Shown: in pieces, positions 37,690 to 46,623 of the stretch | Layout of the letters: each line of letters begins with the position of its first letter | Position numbering within the stretch: position 1 is the first letter of the stretch | Source: Phycisphaerales bacterium | GTDB lineage: Bacteria > Planctomycetota > Phycisphaerae > Phycisphaerales > UBA1924 | Reading direction: 5' to 3' | NCBI GenBank assembly: GCA_965227775.1 | Contig: OZ245777.1 | Span: 2,688,001 to 2,752,000 of the forward strand | DNA length: 64,000 nucleotides | Made by a program: the position numbers and the translations under genes | Notes under the pieces: model-generated | What the model was told of the DNA's origin: nothing | The model's database searches: none | Seen by the model: only the letters and a program-made list of their open reading frames with translations

Positions 37690-38095
37690 CGTCTATCACC
37701 TCCGCCGCAGTCTCGGTTGCCGCCGAACTGTGGCATTGCGGATACCTGCTCTCGATCAACCAAAGGGCGAGTTCGATCGGAATCGAGAGCTTTCCGAACA
37801 CTCGCCCACATTTGCGACACGAGATCACCAGCGTGCCCGGATGGCCCTTGAGTCGATCGACCCGGGCGTCGATCGCGGCCTTGCCGCAGTTCTTGCACTT
37901 CGGCCGGTTTGCCCTCCGATCCAGTTGGAGCCCGTGCACCTTCAGAGTCGCGGCGCCGGAGAGCTCCAACCGCTCCGGACAAACGCCGGGGGGGCCGCCC
38001 CCCGACCTCCGCCCGCCGCGGCCCTCGCCCCCGGGTCGCTTCGCTCCCTCGTGGCGAGGGCGATGGCCGCGACGGGCGGACGCCGGGGGGCTCAT
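37655..38095 (-). CDS. Hypothetical Zn-ribbon protein (CKNC...CRKC)
   Basis: Two CxxC pairs in the C-terminal half; ATGA overlap with the upstream ORF. The N-terminal part coincides with a GC hairpin, so a later GTG start near 37939 is possible. Confidence 0.55.
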   Translation of the reverse strand: MSPPASARRGHRPRHEGAKRPGGEGRGGRRSGGGPPGVCPERLELSGAATLKVHGLQLDRRANRPKCKNCGKAAIDARVDRLKGHPGTLVISCRKCGRVFGKLSIPIELALWLIESRYPQCHSSAATETAAEVIDDGSYRSDECPF

Positions 38096-38307
38096 TGGGT
38101 GCCCTCTTTGCTACCTGGGGAATCAGGAGAGCCTCGAAGTACAACGGTCTCCTGGCGAACGACAGAACGCCTCGTTTCGCAGGCTTCGATAATCCGTGTC
38201 GCGTAGCCGAGGATCTTGACGCGCGCAGTGAGCGTTGTGGCTTCATTGCCAGTCTCGTCAAGGAGCCGGGCGGCTTGGCTCTTGGCAATGTCCAAGATCT
38301 CAGCCAT
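38092..38307 (-). CDS. Hypothetical 71-aa protein (MAEILDIAKSQ...)
   Basis: GGAGGT RBS; ATGGCTGA overlap with the upstream ORF stop. Confidence 0.6.
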   Translation of the reverse strand: MAEILDIAKSQAARLLDETGNEATTLTARVKILGYATRIIEACETRRSVVRQETVVLRGSPDSPGSKEGTQ

Positions 38308-38614
38308 TGGTCCACCTCCAGAAGAGGATCCAACGTTCCATGTCAACGAGCATCTCAACAGCCTGTTGGGCAGAAACGAGCACACGGAGGCCCATTCCTG
38401 CAGCACCGCCGGAGTGAACCGTTCCGAACTCGATTCTCAGTCGCTCGGCGACCACGTCTTCAGCCATGCCGACGTCGCTCATAAGCTCCAGCAGCGGCGC
38501 GAGAACGTGGATTCCGGCGCCCAGTGAGTCCCAGGCGGCCTGCTCTCGCGTGAATCCTGGCCAGCTCTCTCCGGGTTGCACCCACCTCAGGCTGACGTTG
38601 TGTCGCTCAGACAT
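38300..38614 (-). CDS. Hypothetical 104-aa protein
   Basis: AAGGAG RBS 7 nt upstream; start overlaps the TGA at 38607-38609. Confidence 0.6.
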   Translation of the reverse strand: MSERHNVSLRWVQPGESWPGFTREQAAWDSLGAGIHVLAPLLELMSDVGMAEDVVAERLRIEFGTVHSGGAAGMGLRVLVSAQQAVEMLVDMERWILFWRWTNG

Positions 38615-38779
38615 CTGATTGCTCCTTGGCTAGCTGCTCTGCGAACGCAACAACCCGCTCGCGGCTCTTCGGTGAGAGTGCGAGCCAGGTGTGGCAAAGG
38701 GTGTTGTCGAGGATGGGTGGAGGGCCGCCTGCGTCTATGCCTGCGTCCCCCCTACCTGGCGAGGTGCCAGGGGCGGTTT
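38607..38779 (-). other. Detached 3' segment of the integrase gene (57 codons, in frame through the att core)
   Basis: The att core reads WSRGESNPR in the int frame, and this segment continues open to ...WLALSPKSRERVVAFAEQLAKEQSDV*. Confidence 0.65.
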
Positions 38780-38807
38780 CACGGGGGTTCGATTCCCCCC
38801 GGCTCCA
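38780..38807 (+). repeat. attR core (28 bp, duplicated tmRNA 3' end)
   Basis: Identical to 33530-33557, 5,250 bp apart. Confidence 0.95.
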
Positions 38808-38819
38808 TTCACAACGACG

Positions 38820-38849
38820 AACGCCGCGTGTTTGTGCACGCGGCGTTTT
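38820..38849. terminator. Intrinsic terminator (original ssrA terminator, probably also serving the EF-G gene)
   Basis: aacgccgcgtg-tttgtg-cacgcggcgtt-tt immediately after attR. Confidence 0.8.
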
Positions 38850-38881
38850 CGTGTTCATTCAGATCCGTCTTGCCTTGCAGC

Positions 38882-40951
38882 TCAATCGTCATCCGAGTGC
38901 GGGTCATACGCCGCAATGACTTCGGCCTGAACCTGCGGGGGCGTGCGCTCGTCGTGGCTGTAGTCCATGACGTACGTGCCGGCGCCGTGGGTCATGCTCT
39001 TGAGCTCGTTGGCGTAGTTCTGCAGCATGCCAAGCGGAGCGACCGCTCGGACTGTGCAGTTGTCGCCGTCGACCATCGAGTCTTGCACGCGGCCGCGCTT
39101 GGTTGACAGGTCGCCGGTGATGTCGCCCATGTACTGGGCCGGCGCGGTGACTTCCACCACGACGAAGGGCTCGAGCAGCGCGGGCTTGGCCTTGCGACAC
39201 GCGTCGACGAAGGCGCGCTTGCCGGCCTTGAGGAACGCGACTTCCTTCGAATCAACGGCGTGGTACTTGCCGTCGTACACCTCGACCTTGATGTCTTGCA
39301 TCGGATAGCCGGCGATCGCACCCTCGGTCAGGGCCTGGCGGATGCCCTTCTCGATCGCGGGCATGAACTGGCGAGGGATCGAGCCTCCGACGGTAGCGTT
39401 GACGAACTCGAAGTGCTCGCCATGCTCGGCGGCTTCGCCGTTGAGCGGGGCCACGCGCAGGTACACCTCGCCAAACTCACCCGAGCCACCAGACTGCTTC
39501 TTGTGGCGATGGTGGCCCTCGGCGTTGGCGGTCACCGTTTCCTTGTAGGCGATCTTTGGCTGGTGGGTCTCGACCTCAATGCCGTACTGGTTCTTCATGC
39601 GCTCGAGCATGACACGCAGGTGCATCTCGCCTAGGCCGCGGAGCACGGTCTCCTTGGTCGCAGCCACGCGGTCCATGATGAAGCAGGGGTCCTCGGCCTG
39701 CAGCTTGGCCACGGCAGGGCCAAACTTCGACTCGTCCTTGTGGTTGGAAAGCACGACGGCCAGGCCGAACATGGGCTTGGGCAGCGGCAGCGGTCGCAGG
39801 CGGAGATGCTCGTTGGCGTGCGCGTGCACCACGGTGTTGAACTCGATGTCGTCGATCTTGCTGACCGCGACGACATCGCCCGGTCCGGCCTCGGTAACGT
39901 CCACATGGTCCTTGCCCTGCAGGCGGAACAGCGTGTTGACACGGACGGGCTTGCGGCCCTCACCGAAGTAGACCTCGTCCTTGACCTTCAGGGTGCCCTG
40001 GTGGACCTTCATGATGCCCAGTTTGCCAACGAAGGGGTCGCTCGACACCTTGAAGACGTGGGCCAGCAGGGGCTGGCCCTCGTCGGGCGTGGGTTGGAAG
40101 CTCTCGACGAGCTTGCCATCGTCGTCCAGCTTCTCAAATGTACGTGGGTTGGTTTCCAGCGGGCTGGGGCACTGGCTCTCGATGAGGTCGAGGAGGGCAT
40201 CAGCGCCGGCACCGGTCTTGGCGCTAACAAAGCAGATCGGCACCAGGTGTGCCTCACGCAGCGCCTGCTCAAACGCCTCGTGTACGGCCTTGCGATCGAG
40301 CGAGGCAGCGCCGCCCTCGAGGTACTTGGTCATGAGATCGTCTTGCACCTCGACCACCTGCTCGACGATGCTGGTGTGGGCGCTCTCGACGTCGCCGAAG
40401 GCGGTGTCGCCGCTCGTATCTTCGCCCAGAACATCGACCACACCACCGCGGTCGGCGCTCGGCAGGTTCACGGGCACGCACACGTTGCCAAAGGTCTCGC
40501 GGATTTTGCCCACCACGGCTTCCAGATCGGCCTGCGTGTCATCGATCTTGTTGACGATGATCATGCGCGGGATGTTGCGCTGCTTGGCGACGGACATGAT
40601 GCGACGCGTACTGGTCTCGATGCCCTTTGCGGCATCGATCACGACGCCAACGAGGCCCGCTGCCGGCAGGCCGGCGATCGCCTGCCCAAAGAAGTCCGCG
40701 AGGCCGGGCGTGTCCACGAGCGTGACGAGATTGCCGTTGCGCTCGTAGTGGGCCAGACTACTCGACAGGCTGTGACCGTGCTTCTTGGCCTCGTCGGTCC
40801 AGTCGGTGACGGTGTTGCCATCTTCGATTGAGCCCATGCGACTGGTGGCGCCCGACGCGTTGAGCAACCGCTCGATGAGGAGGGTCTTGCCCGCGCCGGC
40901 ATGCCCGGACAGGAGGATGTTGCGGATCGTTGAAGGGTTGCGGACAGCCAT
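38882..40951 (-). CDS. Elongation factor G paralog (EF-G2 type)
   Basis: GHAGAGKT, DTPG, NKID, GLGEMHL, YKET, KKQSGG.G.FG, YHAVDS.E.AF, LLEP. Lacks RGITI and is not in a str operon. Confidence 0.9.
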   Translation of the reverse strand: MAVRNPSTIRNILLSGHAGAGKTLLIERLLNASGATSRMGSIEDGNTVTDWTDEAKKHGHSLSSSLAHYERNGNLVTLVDTPGLADFFGQAIAGLPAAGLVGVVIDAAKGIETSTRRIMSVAKQRNIPRMIIVNKIDDTQADLEAVVGKIRETFGNVCVPVNLPSADRGGVVDVLGEDTSGDTAFGDVESAHTSIVEQVVEVQDDLMTKYLEGGAASLDRKAVHEAFEQALREAHLVPICFVSAKTGAGADALLDLIESQCPSPLETNPRTFEKLDDDGKLVESFQPTPDEGQPLLAHVFKVSSDPFVGKLGIMKVHQGTLKVKDEVYFGEGRKPVRVNTLFRLQGKDHVDVTEAGPGDVVAVSKIDDIEFNTVVHAHANEHLRLRPLPLPKPMFGLAVVLSNHKDESKFGPAVAKLQAEDPCFIMDRVAATKETVLRGLGEMHLRVMLERMKNQYGIEVETHQPKIAYKETVTANAEGHHRHKKQSGGSGEFGEVYLRVAPLNGEAAEHGEHFEFVNATVGGSIPRQFMPAIEKGIRQALTEGAIAGYPMQDIKVEVYDGKYHAVDSKEVAFLKAGKRAFVDACRKAKPALLEPFVVVEVTAPAQYMGDITGDLSTKRGRVQDSMVDGDNCTVRAVAPLGMLQNYANELKSMTHGAGTYVMDYSHDERTPPQVQAEVIAAYDPHSDDD

Positions 40952-41312
40952 AGGGGCGCCTCCGTCGGTATGGGCGGAGCCGGGGCTGCACGAAATGGCC
41001 CCGACCGCCGAGCGGGTGAGCGTGGCCTGGCGCTTGAGATCGCGAGCGACCCCGGCCCACGAAACGGCCACGCTCCATCATACAGGTTGGGGCAAGGCGG
41101 CGTTATGACATGGTCAACCCTGTCGCAAGAGGGGGAAACCGAAGCGGCTGTAACGGCGGATGGTCCCTGGAGTAGACCCTCAAGTACCCGCGATGGCGTC
41201 GAATACCCCCGATTGGCGGTATGTTCGTGCCTGCGACAGCCAGGAAGGCCTTGTCGGGGTGCTTGATCCCTGCCCATGCAGCCTGCCCATCTCACTGTTA
41301 GGAGTTTGATAA

Positions 41313-42623
41313 ATGAACCGTGCCCCCCTGACCGTCACCGCGGCCGCACTGTGCACATGCGGGCTGATCGCCCCCTTGACGCTTGCCGACGAGGCCTTGG
41401 CTCCCGACGACGTGCTCATCGAGTTCGTCGCGAACCCCACCGCTGCGGACGTGGCGCTGGTTGAGTCGGTGGGCGGCGTGGTCCACCAGGTCTGGACGGT
41501 CGTCCCGGGCCTCCATGCAACGCTGCCGGCCGGAGCCGCGTCACAACTGCTTGCCCTCGACGGGCGCGTGGTCGGCATCGAGCCGAACGGCATCGGCTCG
41601 TACACCAGCGAGTACGACGACGTGTGGGGCGTGCGACGCATCGGCTGCGAGCCCACGCACATGGGCGGCGAGCGCGGCACCGGCGTCGCCGTGGGCGTGA
41701 TGGACTCTGGCCTGCGCGCAACGCATGAGGACATCGCCGACAACTTCGTGTTCGGCTTCGACTTCGAGACCATGTCCAGCGACTTCAGCGACCCATTCAG
41801 CCACGGCACGCACGTGAGCGGTACGGTGGCGGCCGTCGCCAACGGCAGCGACATCATCGGCGTGGCACCGGAAGCCGACCTGTACATGCTCAAGGTTGGC
41901 ACGTTCTTCCCGTCGTCCTCCGGCGCGATCAACGCGCTGCAGTGGGCGCTGGATAACGGCATTCAGGTCACCAACAGCAGCTTCAGTGTGCCCGACTCTT
42001 CGCTGCTGCGTCAGGCGTACGACAACACGTGGGACGCTGGTGTCATCCACTTCGCCGCGTCGGGCAACGGCGGCGGCGCTCCCATCGGCGTGCCTGCCCG
42101 CTACGACAGCGTGGTGGCCGTTGGTGCTACCAATGATCGTGACCGCCGGGCGAGCTTCTCGCAGGGTGGAACCAACCTCGAGTTGGTCGCTCCCGGTGTG
42201 AACGTGTACTCGACGACCTCGAACTCTGATACCAGCTACGACAACTTCGACGGCACCTCAATGGCGTCGCCCCACGCGGCAGGCGTCGCGGCGCTCATCA
42301 TCGGAGCGGGCATCCAGGACACGAACGGCAATGGCCGCGTCAACGACGAGGTCCGCCAACTCATGATCGACACGGCCATCGACCTGGGTGCTCCGGGCTG
42401 GGACGGCGACTTTGGCCACGGCCTGGTCAACGCCGAGGCAGCCCTCGACGTGGGCGGCTGTATCCCCGACTTTGATGGCGACGGCGAGCTCACCATCTTC
42501 GACTTCCTGGCGTTCCAGTCTGCGTTCGCGACTGGTGATACCAAGGCCGACGTAAACGGCGACGGCATCCTGAACATTTTCGACTTCCTGGAGTTCCAGA
42601 ACCTGTTCGTCACCGGCTGCTGA
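41313..42623 (+). CDS. Secreted subtilisin (S8) protease with GC-type dockerin tag
   Basis: Catalytic motifs VMDSG, HGTHVSG, GTSMASPH; I9-like prodomain; C-terminus ..IFDFLEFQNLFVTGC. Confidence 0.92.
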   Translation: MNRAPLTVTAAALCTCGLIAPLTLADEALAPDDVLIEFVANPTAADVALVESVGGVVHQVWTVVPGLHATLPAGAASQLLALDGRVVGIEPNGIGSYTSEYDDVWGVRRIGCEPTHMGGERGTGVAVGVMDSGLRATHEDIADNFVFGFDFETMSSDFSDPFSHGTHVSGTVAAVANGSDIIGVAPEADLYMLKVGTFFPSSSGAINALQWALDNGIQVTNSSFSVPDSSLLRQAYDNTWDAGVIHFAASGNGGGAPIGVPARYDSVVAVGATNDRDRRASFSQGGTNLELVAPGVNVYSTTSNSDTSYDNFDGTSMASPHAAGVAALIIGAGIQDTNGNGRVNDEVRQLMIDTAIDLGAPGWDGDFGHGLVNAEAALDVGGCIPDFDGDGELTIFDFLAFQSAFATGDTKADVNGDGILNIFDFLEFQNLFVTGC

Positions 42624-42659
42624 CGCCACGTTTGGGGCGCGTCGCTAGCATCGGCAACG

Positions 42660-44366
42660 ATGAGCGACACCTCCAGCCAGCCAACACCCTCCGAGCACAC
42701 GATCACGCGGTTCGCGCCCTCTCCCACCGGCCACTTGCACGTGGGGGGAGCACGAACCGCGTTGTTTTGTTGGGCCTTCGCGAAGGGCCGCGACGGTACC
42801 TTCCTGCTTCGCGTCGAGGACACCGACCAGAAGCGTTCGAGCGAGGCAGCGGTTGCGGGCATCCTCGAAGACCTCGCCTGGCTGGGCATCGACTGGCACG
42901 AAGGGCCCGAGCATGCCGCTGCCGAGAAGATGCTGGGCGGCGATCCGCGGGGCGTGGGCCCTTTCTTTCAAGCCGATCGGGTGGACACGTACAACATGGC
43001 CCTGGCCAGACTGCTCGAGAGCGGGCGTGCGTACCCCGCCTTCGAGACGGCCGAGGAACTGGAAGCCAAACGAAAGGCCGCGCAGGACGCCAACGAGACG
43101 TATCGCTACGACCGCGCGGCACTCGAGCTTCCCGAGGCCGAGCGCATGAGCCGCATGATGGCAGGCGAGACGCATGTCGTTCGGTTCAAGGTGCCCGATC
43201 ACGACGTGGTGGTGGCCGACTCGGTGCTGGGCGAGGTCCGCTTTGCCCAAGGCGAGCTGGACGACTTCGTCATCCGCAAAGCCGATGGCTTCCCGACCTA
43301 CCACTTTGCAGTCGTGGTCGACGACGAGGCCATGGGCGTTAGCCACATCCTGCGCGGTCAGGAGCATCTGCAAAACACGCCCAGGCACGTGGCGCTGCAG
43401 CAGGCGCTGGGCTATCGCACGCCGGCGTATGCGCACCTGCCGCTGATCTTCAACCCCGACAACAGCAAGATGAGCAAGCGCGACAAGGACAAGGCCGTCC
43501 GAGCATTCTGCAAGGAGCAGAAGATCAACGCCGTGCCAAGTGGAACGCTCGATGACGCCGTCTTCAAGTCGTGGATGGGCGATAAGCGGGCGCAGCTGCC
43601 GACTGATGATCTGATGCGGCTGGCGTCCGCCATCGGCTTCACGCCGCCAGAGATCGACGTCGAAGACTTCCGTCGCAGCGGATACCTGCCGCATGTGCTG
43701 TGCAACTACCTGGCACTCCTCGGGTGGAATCCAGGCGAGAAGAACGAGGACGGCACGGACGTCGAGTGTCTCTCGATGGACTACCTCGTCGAGAAGTTCG
43801 ACCTGCACCGCATCGGCAAGAGCGCGAGCAAGTTCGACCGCGAGAAGCTCATGGCGTTCAACGCCGACGAGATCCAGAACCGCATGAGCGACGAGCAGTT
43901 CGCGGGCGAGTGGCGGACGTGGCTGGAGCGGTACGACCAGGCGACGCTCGAAGCGTTGGGCGACAAGCTGCCGAAGGCGGCCGCAGCTGCTCGGCAACGC
44001 ACACGCGTGCTGCGAGACGCTGCGATCGTGGTCGCGTTCGCGCTTCGGGATGACTTCGCGTACGACGAGAAAGCCGTCACCAAAGTGCTGCTCAAGAACG
44101 ATGGCGAAGGGCTCGCGGTACTGCGGGAGCTGGCACCGGTGCTGGAAGGCGTTGATTCGTTCGAGGCCGACGCAATCGAGGCAGCGATCAAGCAATGGTG
44201 CGAGGCCAAGGGCCTGGGTATGGGCAAGGCCGCCCAGCCGCTGCGCGTCGCGATGACCGGCGGAACGATCAGTCCTGGCCTGGGACAGACGCTGGAACTG
44301 GTAGGCAAGGCCAACGCGTTCGCCCGCATCGAGCGCTGCGTGTCGGCCCATGCGGTCAGCAGCTAA
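42660..44366 (+). CDS. gltX: Glutamate--tRNA ligase
   Basis: RFAPSPTG.LHVGG, R.EDTD, PTYHFAVVVDD, KMSKR, LALLGW, PLRVA.TG. Confidence 0.95.
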   Translation: MSDTSSQPTPSEHTITRFAPSPTGHLHVGGARTALFCWAFAKGRDGTFLLRVEDTDQKRSSEAAVAGILEDLAWLGIDWHEGPEHAAAEKMLGGDPRGVGPFFQADRVDTYNMALARLLESGRAYPAFETAEELEAKRKAAQDANETYRYDRAALELPEAERMSRMMAGETHVVRFKVPDHDVVVADSVLGEVRFAQGELDDFVIRKADGFPTYHFAVVVDDEAMGVSHILRGQEHLQNTPRHVALQQALGYRTPAYAHLPLIFNPDNSKMSKRDKDKAVRAFCKEQKINAVPSGTLDDAVFKSWMGDKRAQLPTDDLMRLASAIGFTPPEIDVEDFRRSGYLPHVLCNYLALLGWNPGEKNEDGTDVECLSMDYLVEKFDLHRIGKSASKFDREKLMAFNADEIQNRMSDEQFAGEWRTWLERYDQATLEALGDKLPKAAAAARQRTRVLRDAAIVVAFALRDDFAYDEKAVTKVLLKNDGEGLAVLRELAPVLEGVDSFEADAIEAAIKQWCEAKGLGMGKAAQPLRVAMTGGTISPGLGQTLELVGKANAFARIERCVSAHAVSS

Positions 44367-44382
44367 GAAGAGGGGCGTGGGG

Positions 44383-44676
44383 ATGGCCGAGCGGTTCATG
44401 ACACTGCATCCGCAGGGCAAGGCGGGCGTGAACATCGAGAAGCCCAAGTACGACGAGATGCGTCGGGCGCTGCTGAAGGTCATCCCCAAGAGCGGCGACG
44501 GCGTGCTCTTCGGCGACCTTGGCGACCTGGTCGTCGGAGAATTGAACAAGGACGCCTACCCCAAGGGGGCAAGCGTCCTCTGGTACGTCACGACCGTCAA
44601 GCAGGACCTCGAGGCGCGCGGCCTGATCGAGCAAGTACCCAAGGCCAAGCCGCAGCGGCTGCGCCGCGTGAAGTGA
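44383..44676 (+). CDS. Conserved small hypothetical protein (winged-helix-like)
   Basis: LHP.GK.G.NI...KY..., WY..TVK.DLEARG.IE pattern; good codon usage. Confidence 0.7.
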   Translation: MAERFMTLHPQGKAGVNIEKPKYDEMRRALLKVIPKSGDGVLFGDLGDLVVGELNKDAYPKGASVLWYVTTVKQDLEARGLIEQVPKAKPQRLRRVK

Positions 44677-44685
44677 GGTCGAGGC

Positions 44686-45315
44686 TCAGCCCTTCACGAT
44701 TCCCTGCGCCTCCAGGAAGCTCAGCACCTCCTGCACGCACTCGTCGATCGAGCGGCCAGCGGTCTTCAGGACCAGCTCGGCCTTCGGGGGGGCCTCGTAC
44801 GGGTCATCGATGCCGGTGAAGCCCTTGATCTCGCCCGCGCGTGCCTTCTTGTAGAGGCCCTTGGGATCGCGCTTCTCGCACTCTTCGAGCGGCGTGTCGA
44901 CGAATACTTCGAGGAAGGGCAGCTTGGCCTCGTCGTGCATGGCCCGGCAGAGATCACGATCGCGCACGTACGGGCTGATGAAGCTGGTCAGGCTGACTAC
45001 GCCGGCGTCGGCGAAGAGCTTGCTGACCTCGCCGATGCGGCGGATGTTCTCGGTGCGGTCCTCGGCGCTGAAGCCAAGGTTCTTGTTCAGGCCGTGGCGG
45101 ACATTGTCACCGTCAAGGCGGTAGCTGTTCACGCCGCGCTTCACGAGCACCTGCTCGACAGCGCTGGCGATCGTGCTCTTACCCGAGCCGCTCAGGCCCG
45201 TGAACCAGACCGTGGCGCCCTTGGCCTTCAAAGAGCCCCAGCGTTCGTCGCGGCTGAGGTCGCCCTCGTGCCAATGGATGTTCGTCGCCTTGACCTGATC
45301 GGTGGTCTGGGTCAT
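44686..45315 (-). CDS. cysC: Adenylyl-sulfate kinase
   Basis: [48 protein letters not shown]. Confidence 0.96.
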   Translation of the reverse strand: MTQTTDQVKATNIHWHEGDLSRDERWGSLKAKGATVWFTGLSGSGKSTIASAVEQVLVKRGVNSYRLDGDNVRHGLNKNLGFSAEDRTENIRRIGEVSKLFADAGVVSLTSFISPYVRDRDLCRAMHDEAKLPFLEVFVDTPLEECEKRDPKGLYKKARAGEIKGFTGIDDPYEAPPKAELVLKTAGRSIDECVQEVLSFLEAQGIVKG

Positions 45316-45420
45316 TCCGCCTCCTGTTTGGTTTCTGCTGGGGCCAACATCGCTCGATGGGCCCGCCAGCGAGAAGGATGGTAGACGGCCTACCTCTCGG
45401 GAACCGATAGCGTTGCGGCA

Positions 45421-46623
45421 ATGACCGAGCCGAAGCCCGCAGACCACCAACCGGAAAACACGACGATCCGTGTGTGTTTCCAGCAGCCCGCGCTCCCGGC
45501 GTATCGCGTGCCGGTGTTCGCCGAACTCGCACGACGGCCAGGCATCTCGGTAGAAGTCCTGTTCAGCTCGCGGGCAAAGCTGCCCAACGTGGCGGCCGAA
45601 GGCTTCGAGGCTCGGCAGGTTCGCGAACGAAGACTGCTGGCGTGGCCCCGAGAAGTTCGGTGGGTTTCCGCGCAGTTCGAAGCCGTTGATCCGCAGCGCG
45701 CCGACGTCGCCGTGCTCGAGCACAACTCGGGCGTCCCGAGCCTGGTGCCAGCTATCCGCCGAGCCAAAAAGAACGGCGTGGGCGTCGTCGTCTGGGGACA
45801 CGGCTACTCCGTTCGAGACAACAAGGCATCACGCGCGCTCCGCAACTGGATCGGGCGCCAAGCCGACGCGGTCGTGCTCTACGACCAGCACGCGCGCGAA
45901 CGGATGATCGAAGAGGGATTCCCGGCCGACCGCCTCTTCGTCGCGGCGAATGCACTCGATCAAACACCGATCCAGCAGGCTCGCGAGCGTTGGCTCGCAG
46001 ACGAAGCCGCGCTCGCCGCGTTTAGGCGCGAGCACGGGCTGGATCGCGGGCCGGTCATCCTCTTCGTGTCGCGGTTGATCGAGTCAAATCGAACTGACCT
46101 GCTACTGCATGCCGCCGCTCGATTGACGGACACACATCCCGACCTTGTCGTCGCCATCGTGGGCGACGGCCCGACGCGCGAGCATCTGCAAGAACTCGCC
46201 GCGCGCCTTGGGCTGCAGGATCGTGTCCGGATGCCGGGAGCCGTTTACGGCGAGGACGGGCTGGCGCCGTGGTTCTTGAGCGCACACGCGTTCTGCTATC
46301 CGGCGTTCATGGGCCTGAGCGCACTGCACGCCATGGGCTATGGCCTGCCGGTCGTCACCGATCGAGACATGGACCGCCACGGTCCCGAGGCCAGGGCGGT
46401 CGTGGATGGCAAGACTGGTGTATTGGTCGACCTCGGTGAACCGGGCTCGCTGGCCGAGGCGATCTCGAGACTGCTCAGCGAGCCAGATCTCGCGGCCGAG
46501 ATGGGCGAGGCGGGCCGGAACAAGGTGCTAGCCGAGCACAGCATCTACAGCATGGTGGACGGGCACGAGGCTGCGATCCGCTTCGCGCTCGCAGAGGCCC
46601 GTTCACGCCGAAAATCCCGCTGA
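45421..46623 (+). CDS. Glycosyltransferase family 4
   Basis: P.YR.P.F, WGHG, FVSRL, IVGDGP, GLS.LHAM.YGLPV, G.TG. Confidence 0.88.
   Translation: MTEPKPADHQPENTTIRVCFQQPALPAYRVPVFAELARRPGISVEVLFSSRAKLPNVAAEGFEARQVRERRLLAWPREVRWVSAQFEAVDPQRADVAVLEHNSGVPSLVPAIRRAKKNGVGVVVWGHGYSVRDNKASRALRNWIGRQADAVVLYDQHARERMIEEGFPADRLFVAANALDQTPIQQARERWLADEAALAAFRREHGLDRGPVILFVSRLIESNRTDLLLHAAARLTDTHPDLVVAIVGDGPTREHLQELAARLGLQDRVRMPGAVYGEDGLAPWFLSAHAFCYPAFMGLSALHAMGYGLPVVTDRDMDRHGPEARAVVDGKTGVLVDLGEPGSLAEAISRLLSEPDLAAEMGEAGRNKVLAEHSIYSMVDGHEAAIRFALAEARSRRKSR

Larger units (their letters stand above)
33530..38807. mobile_element. tmRNA-integrated 5.25-kb integrative element (int, xis, RHH, Rep_trans, cargo)
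   Basis: Bounded by identical 28-bp repeats of the tmRNA 3' end; integrase next to attL; visibly lower GC and different codon usage from the flanks. Confidence 0.93.

Noticed and set aside
38780..38807. tRNA-like T-arm and acceptor sequence
   Set aside because: Only the duplicated 28-bp tmRNA 3' end (attR); no 5' half or anticodon arm upstream.
33530..38807. Filamentous prophage (inovirus) interpretation
   Set aside because: No Zot/pI ATPase and no small single-TM coat-like ORFs recognised.
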